This document shows, one piece after another, positions 1 through 13,100 of a DNA stretch of 64,000 nucleotides. The notes beneath the pieces are model-generated. The model saw nothing but the letters and a program-made list of their open reading frames with translations, had not been told where the DNA came from and did no database searches. This stretch comes from Camelus ferus (lineage: Eukaryota), in assembly GCF_009834535.1 (NCBI RefSeq), contig NC_045697.1:117430001-117494000 (forward strand), given 5' to 3'. Positions within the stretch are counted from its first letter, which is position 1, and the number at the start of each line of letters is the position of its first letter. Made by a program: the position numbers and the translations under genes.

Positions 1-670
1 GTCCTTTCCAGTTCTATATAAATTTTAATACGATCTTGTCTATTCTACAGAAAATTTTTCTGGGATTCTGATCAAAATTGCATTAACCCTGTATATCAAT
101 TTTGGGAGAACTGACATCTTTACTATGTTGACTCTACCAATCCATGAACATAGTATATCTCTCCATTTATTTAGATCTTTTAGGTTTTTTCCCGTCAGTG
201 TTGTACAGTTTTCAGCACACAAATTCTGTACATATTTTATTAGATTTATACCCAAGAGTTTTATTTTTTGAGGAATTGTGAGTGGTATTGCACTTTTAGT
301 TTCAGTTTTCACATGTTCATTGTTAGTAGATAAAAATGCAATTGATTTTCATGTGTCAATCCTTGCTGAAGTTTTGGGGGTATTTTTGGGTTTTTGGTAC
401 ATTTCTTGAGATCTTCTACATAATCAAACATGCTGTCTGCAAATCAGGATGGTTTTAACTTTTTCCTTTCCAATCTGTATACTTTGTTTCTTTTTCTTGC
501 TTTATTGGTTAAAACTTTCAAAACTATGTTGAAAAAGAGTGGTAAGGGTGGACTTCTTTGTCTTCTTCTCTGTCTTAAAGGGAAAATATTCAATCTTTCA
601 ACATTAAGTATAATGTAAGCTGTAGGTTTTCTGTAGATTTTCTTTGTGAAGTTGAGGAACTTTCCCTGTT
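1..670 (-). mobile_element. Degraded LINE-1 ORF2 (reverse-transcriptase region) fragment
   Basis: Minus-strand ORFs give L1 ORF2p-like peptides PTAYIILNVERLNIFPLR...PLFFNIVLKVL and IKLLGINL...DLNKWRDILCSWIGRVNIVKMSVLPKLIYR. The frames are broken. Confidence 0.9.
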
Positions 671-2119
671 TACCAGCCACTTTATCAGCACACCAATGAC
701 ACTTTTCTAAAAAATTGGACAAACTACTGAATTCCCTAGGGTATGTTGAGAAGAAAAATCATGTAATTTTGATGTTTAGTGAATCTATACTTAGAAGTGT
801 TATTAAGGCAATGGGAAATAAAAGGATGAAGCTGAGGAAATAGAAGTAACTCAAAGATAAGATGAAGTCATCATCAGAGTCTTAAGTGTAGAAGGGATTT
901 CCTCAAACTTGGATATGCCTGGCTCCAAACCCAAGCTCTTGAATGCTTTACTGCTCAGTTATAGAGTAGAGTCTAGATTTTGTCAAAGGATGTGTTTATC
1001 AATTATCAGGAACACAAACGCAGTCTAAAGCACATCCCTCTTCTTTCAAAATACTTGGGAATGTGTTAGAATTCTCTCAGTCTACACATTTTATTGGATG
1101 CAAGAGTGCACAAAACTTCGTCTCACAAGTAAATATGCTAGATCATGTATTCCAGTTACAACTTCCTTGTTCTTTCTCTTTTTTTCTCTTTTTAGTAAAT
1201 GTTTATTGAGTTTCTCTAAGAACCAATATTTGCTGCCTTGTAGGAAAACCAGTATTTCTGTTATGCTGCTGCGGATGGTCCTCAACTAGGACTAGAGGCA
1301 TGGCAAACTTATCTCAGGAGGAGTTCGCCACTGAAGGACTGAGTAAGTAGCTCATTCACCTTGGATTATATATTTGCTGTTGCACAAAATCCACCATGAT
1401 ATCAGCAGCTGTATGCTTTACATCAAAGACTTCAGAACAAAAGCTAAGAACATTTAAGGAACTTCTGGAGAACATTGTTTTCTTCTATTATAAGAGGGGT
1501 GGAAAAGAAACTATTTCATGCAGAGGGATACTGAGCAATGCTGGACTGGAGAATATTTTTCCAAAATCAATAACGCAAATTTTTAATAAACAGGGCCATT
1601 CTATATTTAGTAACAAAATGAGATGAAAAGACCATTTGGAGGACCTTGCTTCATACCACTTTTTACACCTAATACCAGTCACTAAATTGGTGCTTGACAA
1701 ATGTCTGTCTCCTAATTGCAAGTCAGTGCCTTCCTCATAGCACCACACTCCCCTCATTTTTGGTCAAATAAAAATATAATTCACATTAATAAGATACTAG
1801 TAAAAATATATTACTGATGGAAGATAATCACACATTATTGTACACTCTCATTTTTGATAAATAATTTATAAGATGAAGCAATAATTTACAAGATGAAACA
1901 ATAGTAATTAGGAACACATATTTTACATCCATCCACGTGCTGAGTAATCACGTCAATACTGGGGGCTAAATTTACTTTTCAACTTTCCAAAGCGATATTA
2001 GATAGTATTGAGTTAGAATCACCCACTGGAAATTGAATGGAAGGATATATAGCAATGATTTTAATGGAATGTTGACTTTGTGTCAAGCAGAGGAGAGGAG
2101 TTATGTGTCTATTAATCCT

Positions 2120-2880
2120 ACACTGTTTGGCTATCTCAATAAGACAGTGTCCCTTGTGCTGGAAATACAGTGGTGAATCCTGTATTTCGGAGGGTTTGAA
2201 AGAGAGACAGTAAACAAGAAAGTACATAAGGTAACTGTGGTCAATGATAACCGTTAAGAAGAATGTACAACAGGCTAACTTAATAGAAAGAGACTGGAGG
2301 GGGGTAGCTCTTCTAAATGGGGCTCTCGGGAAGACTAAAGCCCAAATGCCAAGAAAGGACTTGAAGGGAGAGGCAGGGGAAGAACTCTGCAAGCAAAGGG
2401 GACAGCATAGGCAGGGGCCCCAAGGCAAGTACAGCCTGGCCTCCTTGAGGGACAAGATTGGAGGGAGGGAGGGAGGGGACAAGTCAAGGAGACATGGGGA
2501 CTCGTGGTGCTGAAGAAGTCTGGATTTATTCTGAATACGATGGACATTTTGAGCAGGAGATAAATATGTATTTTAAATATGTTTTTATGAGATCCCTCCA
2601 GCCACCCTGGAGACCACATGTAAAGTGTTAGGACCAAAGAGTCATGTGTAGAAGCAGAGTGACCATTTAGGAGGTGAATTCCATACTTCAGGGGGGAAAT
2701 GATCATTGTTGGGTGGATGTGATAACACCCAGGAGACAAAGAGATGCGTGGATTCGGAGTGTACTTGGAAGGCAGAGCTGACAGTCTTTGGTAATTTCTT
2801 GAGTTTAAGAATTGGAAGCTTATCAGGGAAGGGGAGTCAAGAATAGTACCCCAATTTCTTAGCATAGTTTGTATCTGTGC
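2120..2880. mobile_element. Old LINE-2-like fragment; boundaries approximate
   Basis: Recognised by eye from degenerate purine-rich L2-like sequence (e.g. ggattcggagtgtacttggaaggcagagctgacag). Confidence 0.5.
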
Positions 2881-2922
2881 CATTGAGATTCCTTTATTTC
2901 TCATGTTAAGATCTTCAGGGAA

Positions 2923-3065
2923 GGGGAGGGTGTAGCTCAAGCGGTAGAGCACATGATCAGCACACACAAGGTCCTGGGTTTAATCCCCAGTGCCTCCTCT
3001 AAAAATAAATAAAACTAATTGCCTCCCCCCACCAAAAAATAAAATAAATAAATAAAAAAAAAAAA
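2923..3065 (+). mobile_element. tRNA-derived SINE, Vic-1-like (camelid)
   Basis: GGGGAGGGTGTAGCTCAAGCGGTAGAGC (A box) ... GGTCCTGGGTTTAATCCCCAG (B box), followed by an A-rich tail. Four more similar copies occur in the window. Confidence 0.85.
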
Positions 3066-6000
3066 GATTGCCGGTAGTTGTTAAAATTCTGATGTCACAG
3101 AGGATGAATGAGACATTCAGGTAGAGAAGGGACTTGCCCAGTATCACACAGGGAGTGAACACCAGGATGAAGGTTCAAGTCCAGAGAGTAGTGTGTTATT
3201 TCCACATCATCACACTCGGTAACAATGCACCTCTAAATTTCTTCCTGGCTGCTTTGATGAGATCAGAGAATAAAGACCTTTGAGGACTAGCTGAACAAGA
3301 GAGCACCTGGTACAACAAAGCTGGAATCAGCAAGCATTTCTGTTAGTAGCCGGCTTGCTAACTCACCAAAAGCACTGGTTCGTTCCACCAAACCCAGACC
3401 CTGCTTGAGAATTTCAGTTGGTGGGGGACTCACAGCAGATGGTTACATTTGGCATCACTTTTTAAATTGTCAAATCTGCCTTCTGACTTCCTCACTGGTG
3501 CAGTCAGGCTCCCATGCAAGACCTCATCTTCAGGTACATCACAAATCATGAAAATGTTCGAAGGTAGAATTGTTTCCTGCCAGGAAAATATCCTCGCTCC
3601 CTGCATGGTGTTTTGAGAATAGAATTGAGACACCTTAGGATTTTGAGCTGGTTGTGTATCTTGCTTTCAACAGCACATATGCTTTAAAGAGAATTACTTC
3701 ATTTTCCTAGGGGCAGTATAGGTTTAAAAAATTGTAAGGCATCCTTGACTAAAGAGCCATTTTTTTTTTTTCTGTTTCAGAAAGGGATTTTCAGGTTGTA
3801 AGAACAATATCTGATATCTACCATTAGATCAGTTCTACACTGTTAATGGTCTTTGTACCGCCTTTCTATGGAACTTTCTTCCAGTGCCTAAAATAAAATC
3901 AGGAAGGAAGGTTGGAAGGCAGATGCCTTCACAGTTGCCATCACCTCGGTCTGGGGAACAGTGATCACGTTGGGTGCAGAGAGCGTGGCCTCTGACCAAC
4001 CTTCTTTGTCCTCCCAGCCTTAAGGCATAGCAGGGGGAAAAGTCAGCAGTGGTTTGACTCATGAAACAACTCGAAGAAGGCATCTCACCTGCTACAGGAC
4101 CAAGAAAACCACACATTCAACACCCAGTTCAATTATCTTTGTTGTTTTTTTTTAAATAAATATAGGAGCTATGTTGAAAAACAATAACAAATTATTTAAA
4201 AAAAAAAAGCTTTTTATCATTAATGTCCTCCTGCCTATTGAAGTTCCCATTTTTTCAACAGCTGCCTTATGAAAAGATTCAATTTGTTCCATTTTAGCTT
4301 TGCAAGGAAAAGGAAGCCTCTCTGCTCTTTGGACAACCATATCTCAAAAATACCACAACCATTTGGCTAGAAAAACCATACTCTTCATGATCTATGTCCT
4401 GAAGAATATTACGTTTACCCAAAGGGAAGACATTCAAAATAGATGCTACACCCTAAACTGTGTGGAAGGGGAGACTTCCCCTGGCGTGAGTGAATTCCCA
4501 GGTAGGTGAAGACTGCTTCACAAAGGTACCTTCAAATGCTATTTCAGAAGGAGTTTTCAGGCTGCAGTTAACTTTCCCCTTCATTATCCCTGTCAATTTA
4601 ACAAAAATGTAGCACAAAGGAACATTATAATGATTTGCAATTCTTTGTGGTATATGTTGTGTAGAAAAATCAGTAGACGAATGCGGTAAACTCATAGCTA
4701 TTATTGTGAAACTGTAATTCATTTTCATGAAATATAAATGGTAGTCTAAAATAGAAGCAAGGAAATTAAACTAATAAAGGCATGCCAATCAAAGGTGTAG
4801 ACAATGATTTATGTAATTTGATACTCAGAGAAATGTTATTAATACCATAAATTTAAAAATAGCCTTCAAGCTTAGCGATGGGAAATTAATCATGCAAATA
4901 AACTCATCATAACCCCTTAGAGTAATATTTCTGCAGACTGGTGATCTAAGGAAATGCTCACATTATAACTTGACATGGTACAACAAAGTAACGTAGGTCG
5001 GTTTTACCTTAGACCAAGTACTGTTATGTAACTTAAAGCGTATCATGTAGTCTCCACCCCTCTGAGAAAAAGTCACTAGTACTATCTTCATCTTCCTGAT
5101 GTGTTGAGAGTAAGGAAACTAGATAAATTTCCAACTAACACATAAGAGCTGGTAGAGTACTTATTTAATTGGAACCAGAATTCCCTGCTTCCCAAGGTCA
5201 TGCTTTTAATTATGCCTTGGCCCAGCTTTCCTTAGCATTGTCGCAAATACTCAGCTTAACTATCTTCAGGGTGATTGGATTTCGTTTTTGTTGTTTATTG
5301 CTCTCATGCTAATATGAAGGAAACCAAACACTCAGAACCAGTGCAATTCCAGCCACAAATTTGAATAGCAAGGTACCCACTGTAACTCTGATGGGCTTAG
5401 AAATGTGCAGCCCTGGCGTCTCATTAATATGGGAAAGTTGGGGTTTGCAAAACTCTCCTATTCTGGTGACCATGATAACCACAGTAAGTAAAGTTTTCTT
5501 GAACCTTATTTGGCGTGTGTGTGAATTTCTACACTGTACCTTTATCCATCTGGTCCTTGTTCTTGGTACTCACTGAATAAAGAAAGCATGATATTCAATA
5601 CGCATCAGTTTTACATTTTTTTGCATAGACATCTGAGGGGATATTAACTCTGCCTCTTCCTTTGTGTGACTGCCCGCAGCTTATCTGGTTAATTTTAGGT
5701 GTCGCCTGGTATAGGAATTCCGTTAGGTCCATTCTGCCTGATACTCCACAGACGTGACTGCTTACAGGACACCAGACTCTACTGGTTTTCTTCCCTTCTC
5801 ACTGGCTGCCTTTTCCCATCTTCCCCACCAGCAACTCCTCAAATCCTCACTTGTACGTACACATCGGAGTGTCCAAGACTCAACACGGGGACCTCTTTGG
5901 TGATATTGTATCCGTTCCCATGGCTTTAAATGCAGTCTTTTCATCGATGACTCTCAAATTTCATATCTCAGCACAAGCATTTCCAAGTGCTCATTTGACA

Positions 6001-6689
6001 GTCTCACTTGGGGGTCTAAGTATTTCAAACTTCCATGACCAAAATAATTCTTGATTTTTCATGCTAGCAAATAAACAAAATCAAGCAATGAAACAAACAA
6101 TAATTTTTTAAAAACCTGTTCCTGCTCCCTCCCATTTCCAGTCTCAGTAAATGTCACCACCATCATTATTCACCCAGTGACCAAGCTTATGCCCTCATCC
6201 AAAATCCACCACCACAGCCTTGAGGCTGTATTGTCAAAGTGTACCCCTAATCCATGCATGTCTCATAGCACCCCCAGGGGTCATGGTCCTCTGTACTCAG
6301 CATAACTCTAATTGAAGTACTTACTTTTTAAAAATTATTGAAGTACAGTCAGTTACAATGTGTCAGGTACAATGTGTCAATTTCTGGTGACACATTTCTG
6401 AACTGCTTACTTTTGCTCACAATCCTCTTCATCTACTGTCAGACTTACCAAATTTCTATTTCCAGCTCACATGTTCACTCACTCAATGACCCTGTAGGAG
6501 TCACTTAATTTCTGCATCTAAGTTTCCTCACTTGTCAAATAAGGAAAATAACAAAATCCACCTCATAGATGTGATTTGAGGATGGGATAGGATATTTGAG
6601 ATAAAACGCTTTGCATGAGTTGGCAACTAGTAAGCACTGGCCAGCTATTAGTGATGATTATTTTCTGAACCACAGCCAATCTGAATGCC

Positions 6690-7166
6690 GATCTTCATCT
6701 CCCTTGACGTATGATGGGGTGACATCCCTATAAACCCATCCTACAATGAAAACACTTCAAGTCAAAAGTACACTGAATACACCTCACCTACCAGACATCG
6801 TAGTTTAGTCTAACCTACCTTAGAAGTGGTCAGAACAACAACATTAGCTTGCAGTTGGACAAAATCATCTCACACAAAGTCTCTTTTACAATAAAGTGTT
6901 GACTCTCCCCTTGTACCCAGTCCTGCAAGTGAAACACAGGTGGTTGTAGGTGTACCCAATGTTTACCCTTGTGACGGCTGCCTGCCGGGGCTCCCACTGC
7001 CTGGCCCCAGGAGAGAGGATCGTGCTGTGCATCGCTAACCCAGGAAAAGATCAAAATTCAGAATTTCAAGCACGATTTCTACTGAACGTGCATGGCTTTC
7101 ACACCACAATAAAGTCAAAAAATCTTCTGTCGAACCAGGGTAAGTCAGGGACCAGGATCATCTGTA
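6690..7166. mobile_element. TcMar-Tigger non-autonomous DNA transposon (MER47/Tigger5-like)
   Basis: Starts cttgacgtatgatggggtgacatccctataaacccatc and ends ccagggtaagtcagggacc...catctgta, i.e. degenerate terminal inverted repeats. The internal sequence resembles the MER47 consensus as I recall it. Confidence 0.7.
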
Positions 7167-10100
7167 CATGAATTCCTTCAAGACACCTCCTTGTTCCAAA
7201 TTCTCTGTTGACACTCATCATTCTTGAATAGAACCAAAGTCCCTAAGATTGCCCTCAAACCCTGAAAGGTCAGGATTGCTGGCACAGCCGCTCCCAATTC
7301 TAATGACTGCCTCCCAGCTCACGGTGTTCAAGCCATTTATTGCCCACAGTTCCCTGAATTTCCTAAGCGATTTCAGCCTTACTTCACACTTCCAGGTACC
7401 TCTGCTGGCAACGCTTCAGCCGGACTGTTGCAAAACTTTCTCATTTCATTTATGGTTTTGCTCAAATTTTACCCAGATCTCAGGGTTGACATGCCTCCTC
7501 TGCCTACTGTCTCAAAAACAACAGCTCCAAACACTCTGCATCTCTTTACCTCGCCTTATTTTGCTTCCTGGACTCATCACCACTGGATACATCTATCTGT
7601 CCTTTTGCTTAGTTCCAGTTCTCCTTGAAAGAGAATAATCACCATGGGGGAAAAAAGACTAATTTCATCAAGATTTTCTTCCCTGTTTCCAGCACCAGGG
7701 ATCCTCCTTAGCAGTAATGGGTGTGCAATGAATATTTAGTGAGTGATAGTGTAAAACATAGTGTAATTATCTTTCTACGTGTCTGTCTCCCCCCAGTAGA
7801 CATCAACCTTCCTGTTTTCATGGCTTGATGAGTCATGAACATCTAACAAATACTTGTGAGAATTTCCTAGTGAATGAATGAACATCATATACTCAGGAGG
7901 GCCATCCCACAGAAGATGTAATTAAGGAAGGTGCGATGTAGATGCAATTCCATACAACAAATTTACCATCAAAGCTATCTCTTTTCTTCTCACATTATCA
8001 TTTCTGATGAACATTTTTGTTCCTTTTGGTGGATTAAGCACAGTTTAGATACTACAAATATGGATCCTTGGTTGTACAATAGAAGCAGTTGCTAGTGCCT
8101 TTGACACTTAGAAATAGACCCAATTATTAAAAGCCAAAAAATTGGTATTTTTGAGCAGTCATTGACAAACAGTAGGCTCAACTCAACGTGCGAGATTCTC
8201 CTTGACTTTGAACATGAGTAAGGTCTTTTTCATGGATTATTACTGGCCTCAGTCCTGAATTCCAATGGCAAAAATAGCATTTTAGAAACAGACAGAGGGC
8301 CTAAGATTGAAGACAGAAGTTCCATCACAGTGCCCCGCAGGGGGCTTGGGAAAGATCAGATGTGCTGTGTTAACCAGTCAGACCCTCTGAATGTGCTCAT
8401 GCTTTGAAATATTTCTGACTATAGGATTTTTCCAGGGTCTTTGCTAGCAGTTTATATTGTGAGAAATATATTTCCTCTGAAATGCTCTTTGATAAAACCT
8501 GCTATTGAAAAAATAGCAGAAATTATCTCTGTTGGAGAAACTGATTGAGATATGTTTACTACCAAAAGGGAGGGAGTTCAGATTCATTTGATCTTCTTAA
8601 GAACAAAGAGGAAATCTTCACTGAGGAGATGTGTTTTCTTCTCTTCTAGGACCCAAAGACGATTCCAAGGTAAGCAAAATGCACCCCCTTGGAAGCACGT
8701 GGGCAGGTCATTCTGGGTGGGACCCTAACCACACGCATGTTCCCTCCCTGGAGATGAGACCGGAGTGTCATATACAAAGGTCAGGGTGGAGGTCCTGGAA
8801 GTTCTGGGTCTGACACTTCCTAGCTTCCAGAATATGGGCAGATTTCTTACCAGACCTGCATCACCACCGTTTGTCACCATGACTCCTGTCTAAGATGTTT
8901 GCTACAAGGAGCAGATGAATGTCACCTGTGCTCAAGCAACACCATCCTCCGGAAGGCAGACAATGTGACCCTTGCTATGGATACCTGCTGAACGAAATGC
9001 TTCAGAGGCTACAGAGAAGCAGAGGGGAGAGGAGCTTGCCCCAGCTGGTGAGCAGGATGGAGCTTGTTCTCGGCTGGCGCTCCACACCCCAGACTATCTG
9101 GTGTTTTCCACTTTCCAAGGTTGGCTAGTGAGCCGCCTCCTCTGCCTGAATGGCTCTCCCTCCAACATGTTGTCCCCTTTCCTCCAACTCCTACCTCCTT
9201 GTCTGTACGTCTCAGCTGACCTGTCCTCTTCCCGAGGAGGCTGGCCCCACCTGCCTCCTTCCCAGGCACCTGCTTTGTGTCGCAACTCAGCTTTTCCTGT
9301 GGTTAGTGTGCAATATCTTTCTGACCCATCACACAGGAGGTTCCAGACAGGCGAGGACTCTGGGTGCCCTAGTCAACACTTTATCTTCTGAGTACGATAC
9401 AGATGGCCCCTGCCTGAGTGGGTTCTCAGTAAAGATTTTTGGATGAATTAAAAAATAATTAATATAGAAGAATTATATTATAGCCAGAAAAACCTTGTCT
9501 CATTCTATAGTATAGAGCCATTCATGTAATGTTCCTTCAATAAATGTCCACTCAGGAAATTGTAACTGACGACACTTCAGTAAAAAATGTATTAGGTGGT
9601 GGAGGAAGATTAAAAAAAAATTAATCCATTCAGGAAATAAACATATAATTAAATGGAGGCGCAGGCAGTTAACATGAGGCCCCTGGGAAACCGATATTAG
9701 ACCATCAAGACATGATCTTTGACAAAAGGAACAATACTTGATCGCTAAAAATGAAGTGGATTACAATTTCAGGAACACCAACATTAAGGACGATGGGTTG
9801 ATTGTTTTCTATTGGATTAATGTTCAAAATACCTTGATGAGTATTTGCATCTATTCGTAAATGTGAAGTGTGAGTTGTGAAAGATCAGCTCTGGAAGGGT
9901 TTCTCCTACATTTTACAAAACGGATGAAAATGCTACTCATGTTTTTCTACACATAAGGAGGGTCAGATTGACAAGAGTAGCCTAAGGGTCAAACGTAACC
10001 AAAGATGGCCTTTCCAGACGGAGGGACAGTTTTCACTGGGAAGATAATGATTTCAGTTTTGAGCCTGTTCAGACTGAAGTGCCTCTGGAAATTTCCAGCT

Positions 10101-13100
10101 GTCGTTGACGCTTTGGAGCAAATTATCTAATTTCTTCGCCTCTATTTCATTCAAGTACAATGACTATGTTAATAGTATCAGACTTATATTGGTCCTGGAT
10201 TAGAAGCTTTGATGTACATAAAATGTTTAAAACAGTGACTGGCAGCTAATGGATATTCAATTAATAGTAGTTATAATTAATAATGTCAAAGATGTTCATA
10301 ATAATCAGTGCACTAGACAGTTGAGTAAACAGATCTAGTCCTGATTAAAGAGATCAGAGCCATCCACACTCATCCAGAAAAACTTCAGTGATGATGATCA
10401 AATCCACAGGGGGAAAAGGATTTCCCCAGAGAGAGAGAGAGACTATAACCTGAGAAGATTTGAGATAAGAGGGGAAAAAAATATCCTCGGAGAACTTATA
10501 TTCCTATTGAGGATAGGAAGGGTTTAATCAGAGAAAGAGACTAGAAGAAATCAAATAATACAGGTCTTTTCAAAAGGAAGTCATTCTAAAGATGGTTAAA
10601 CAAAATGAATTTCTATTGAGTTGGGAGATATTTGCAGGAATCTGGTCATAAAATAGGATTTAAATAGAACAGCATTATGTAAAAATAATGTGCTACAACG
10701 AAGTCTCTTTGGAGAAGCGGATAATTTATGTTGAATTTTCTTAGCAATTCTGCTCAGGCTCCAAACTCAGACAAACAGAAACTAATGGGATGCGCTCTCT
10801 TTAACGGCAGTTTAGCAATTTTCCGTCATCCCTGGGCACATCTGTCAGGGAGCTCCCCCTCGTATAACACGTGTTAGACTGGTCTTTCCGAGGACACATA
10901 CTTCCCTCCCCTGGGACTTCACTAAGTACCCTTTTCTCTACTTCATTATCCATCCAGTGATGGTTTTCAGGGATGCTTGAGCGCTCCCTCTGGCACTCTG
11001 ATGAGTGCAATCCTTAATTCACTTTTATTTTTAAGATACATTTTTTTTTATCACGTAGCATTTATTGGGAACTGTACCTTCGCACGTGGGGGTTACAAAT
11101 GCTGTACCACACGCTTCTGTACAAAACCTGCTTCCATCTCTCACTGGCTCTGTGACTCTGAACAAATTCTTTTACCTCTCAGTGTCTTTGTGTCTCAGAA
11201 TCCCCATCTGAGGTTGATACTCATAGCATGCATTTCCCAGTGTGATGCCTGAATCAGAATATGTGCTCTGTAAGTGTAAACTGTTATTATCGTAATTTTG
11301 AAGAAGAGTGAAGTACTCAAGGATGAAGAAGGCATATTTGCTCCCTGCCTTCAGGAAGCTCATGCTGTAATAAAGGAAACGGATGTTGAAGCAAATCACT
11401 GAAAATACAGCATTGCTGTTGCTATGGGTACATTAGAGAGATTTCTGCTAGGTACCACATTTGAACTCAATCAGCTTCGCATGGGAGTTGGTGGGGGTGC
11501 GCATGCAGATTATGCATTACAAGAAAGGCAGATCTCAGCTTGAGAGATTATTTGGCTTATGTTAAATTATGTAGAAGAAAGATTGCTGGTTCAGTACACT
11601 CCTATTTCACTTTGAATCACTTGGCTCTAGAGCCAGCTTCTCAACTGTGTGAATATTCAGTTGCAAACACCAGGGGACTTGCTGAAACCATACCTCAGCA
11701 TACCAGTCTAGAAAAATAACAGCTTGTGAAAAATTAGCAATAGCTATGTGAAAATACTTAATTTGAAAAAAAAAAAACCCAAATATGCTACTTTGACTTT
11801 AGATCCTTAAAACAGAAAAATCAGAAAGTTACATACGTCAAGAGCAATCAGTGGCTTAATTCAAACCTATCACTGAGCATCTAAAGAAAATTAAGTCAAG
11901 TGGTGTGTCAAGGATTCAGCTGGCCGTAAATGATCTACTGTAACATAATCAAATGGCACTACCCCTCTGGGACAAAGGGAGCAGCGTAAGATGACTGGTT
12001 CTGATTAAAAGCAAACTAGCAATAATAAAGCAGACAAATCAAAAAAAAAAAAAAAAAAGAGAGAGAGAGAGAGAAAGATTTCTGTAGAGTCTTATTGATG
12101 AAGAAGGGGACATAGAAAGGCCACGTGGATGCCTGGGAGTGACAGCTGGTCACATGGAAAAAGCACACTACGGGAAATATAAAAAGGTGAAACAAAGCAA
12201 AAACAGCAAATCATGGATGCTTTTCAGGCATAAATGATAAAGCTTGTGCTTGTGAAAATGTCTTCTTGTTTGCCTGTTGTGTTGCATTTTATCAGCAAAG
12301 ACATCATGGTAACAGGAATGTGAGAACATGTGAACAGTGAATATAAACCAGAGACTCAAACATGAAAATCCTTGGAAATGTACACATTACCATAAAAATA
12401 ATAAATCTTTATATGCAAAAGCTTTATATAATCTTCAAGGCCAGATATTAGTATTTTATCACTTAATAGAGGTGAACACCACTATCTTTATAAACTTTTT
12501 AAAACTAAACATTAAAGTGCATACTTGACATAATTTATCCAGTTCAAATTTTTACTTGCAGAATGTTTCTACATTTTCTAGAAGCCAATTAATGTGTAAG
12601 AATGGCAATTTATGTTTGGATATGGAAGTCCACCTTTTTCAAAAAGGTTTTAGGACACCCAGTATTCAAAGATCAGCATGCATATTTCCTTACCAACTAT
12701 TAGGTTGAAAGATGGTTTTCTTCATAAGTATTTACAGCATCAATAAAAAGAAACATTGGGACTTCCTTTTTAAAAAAAAATCTATACCAATAACATTTAA
12801 ACTTGTGTTCGATTAACTGCCATGTTGTTTCTCTGGCCGGTTCTACGCCATTATCTCATTCAGAGTAGGAAATGTTTCTGGATACAAATTCAATCTCAAG
12901 AGTGCATCCTAATTCAAAAGTTAAGCCAATAGTTACCAAAAAATGTGTCCCTCTGGATAAAGCATGCTCACTTTTCAAATATATCACTGTCTAAGAACTA
13001 AACCAAACCCATCTGATGAAGAGCAGGAGAACAAAAATAGTGTTGGGTTAGGGGATCAATCCTGGGTTACAATCCTGACTTCTGACTTCTCCTTTGTCAG

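Noticed and set aside
1979..2967. ORFs of 167 and 210 aa on the minus strand
   Set aside because: They overlap L2 and SINE remnants, contain no recognisable domain, and have no supporting splice structure.
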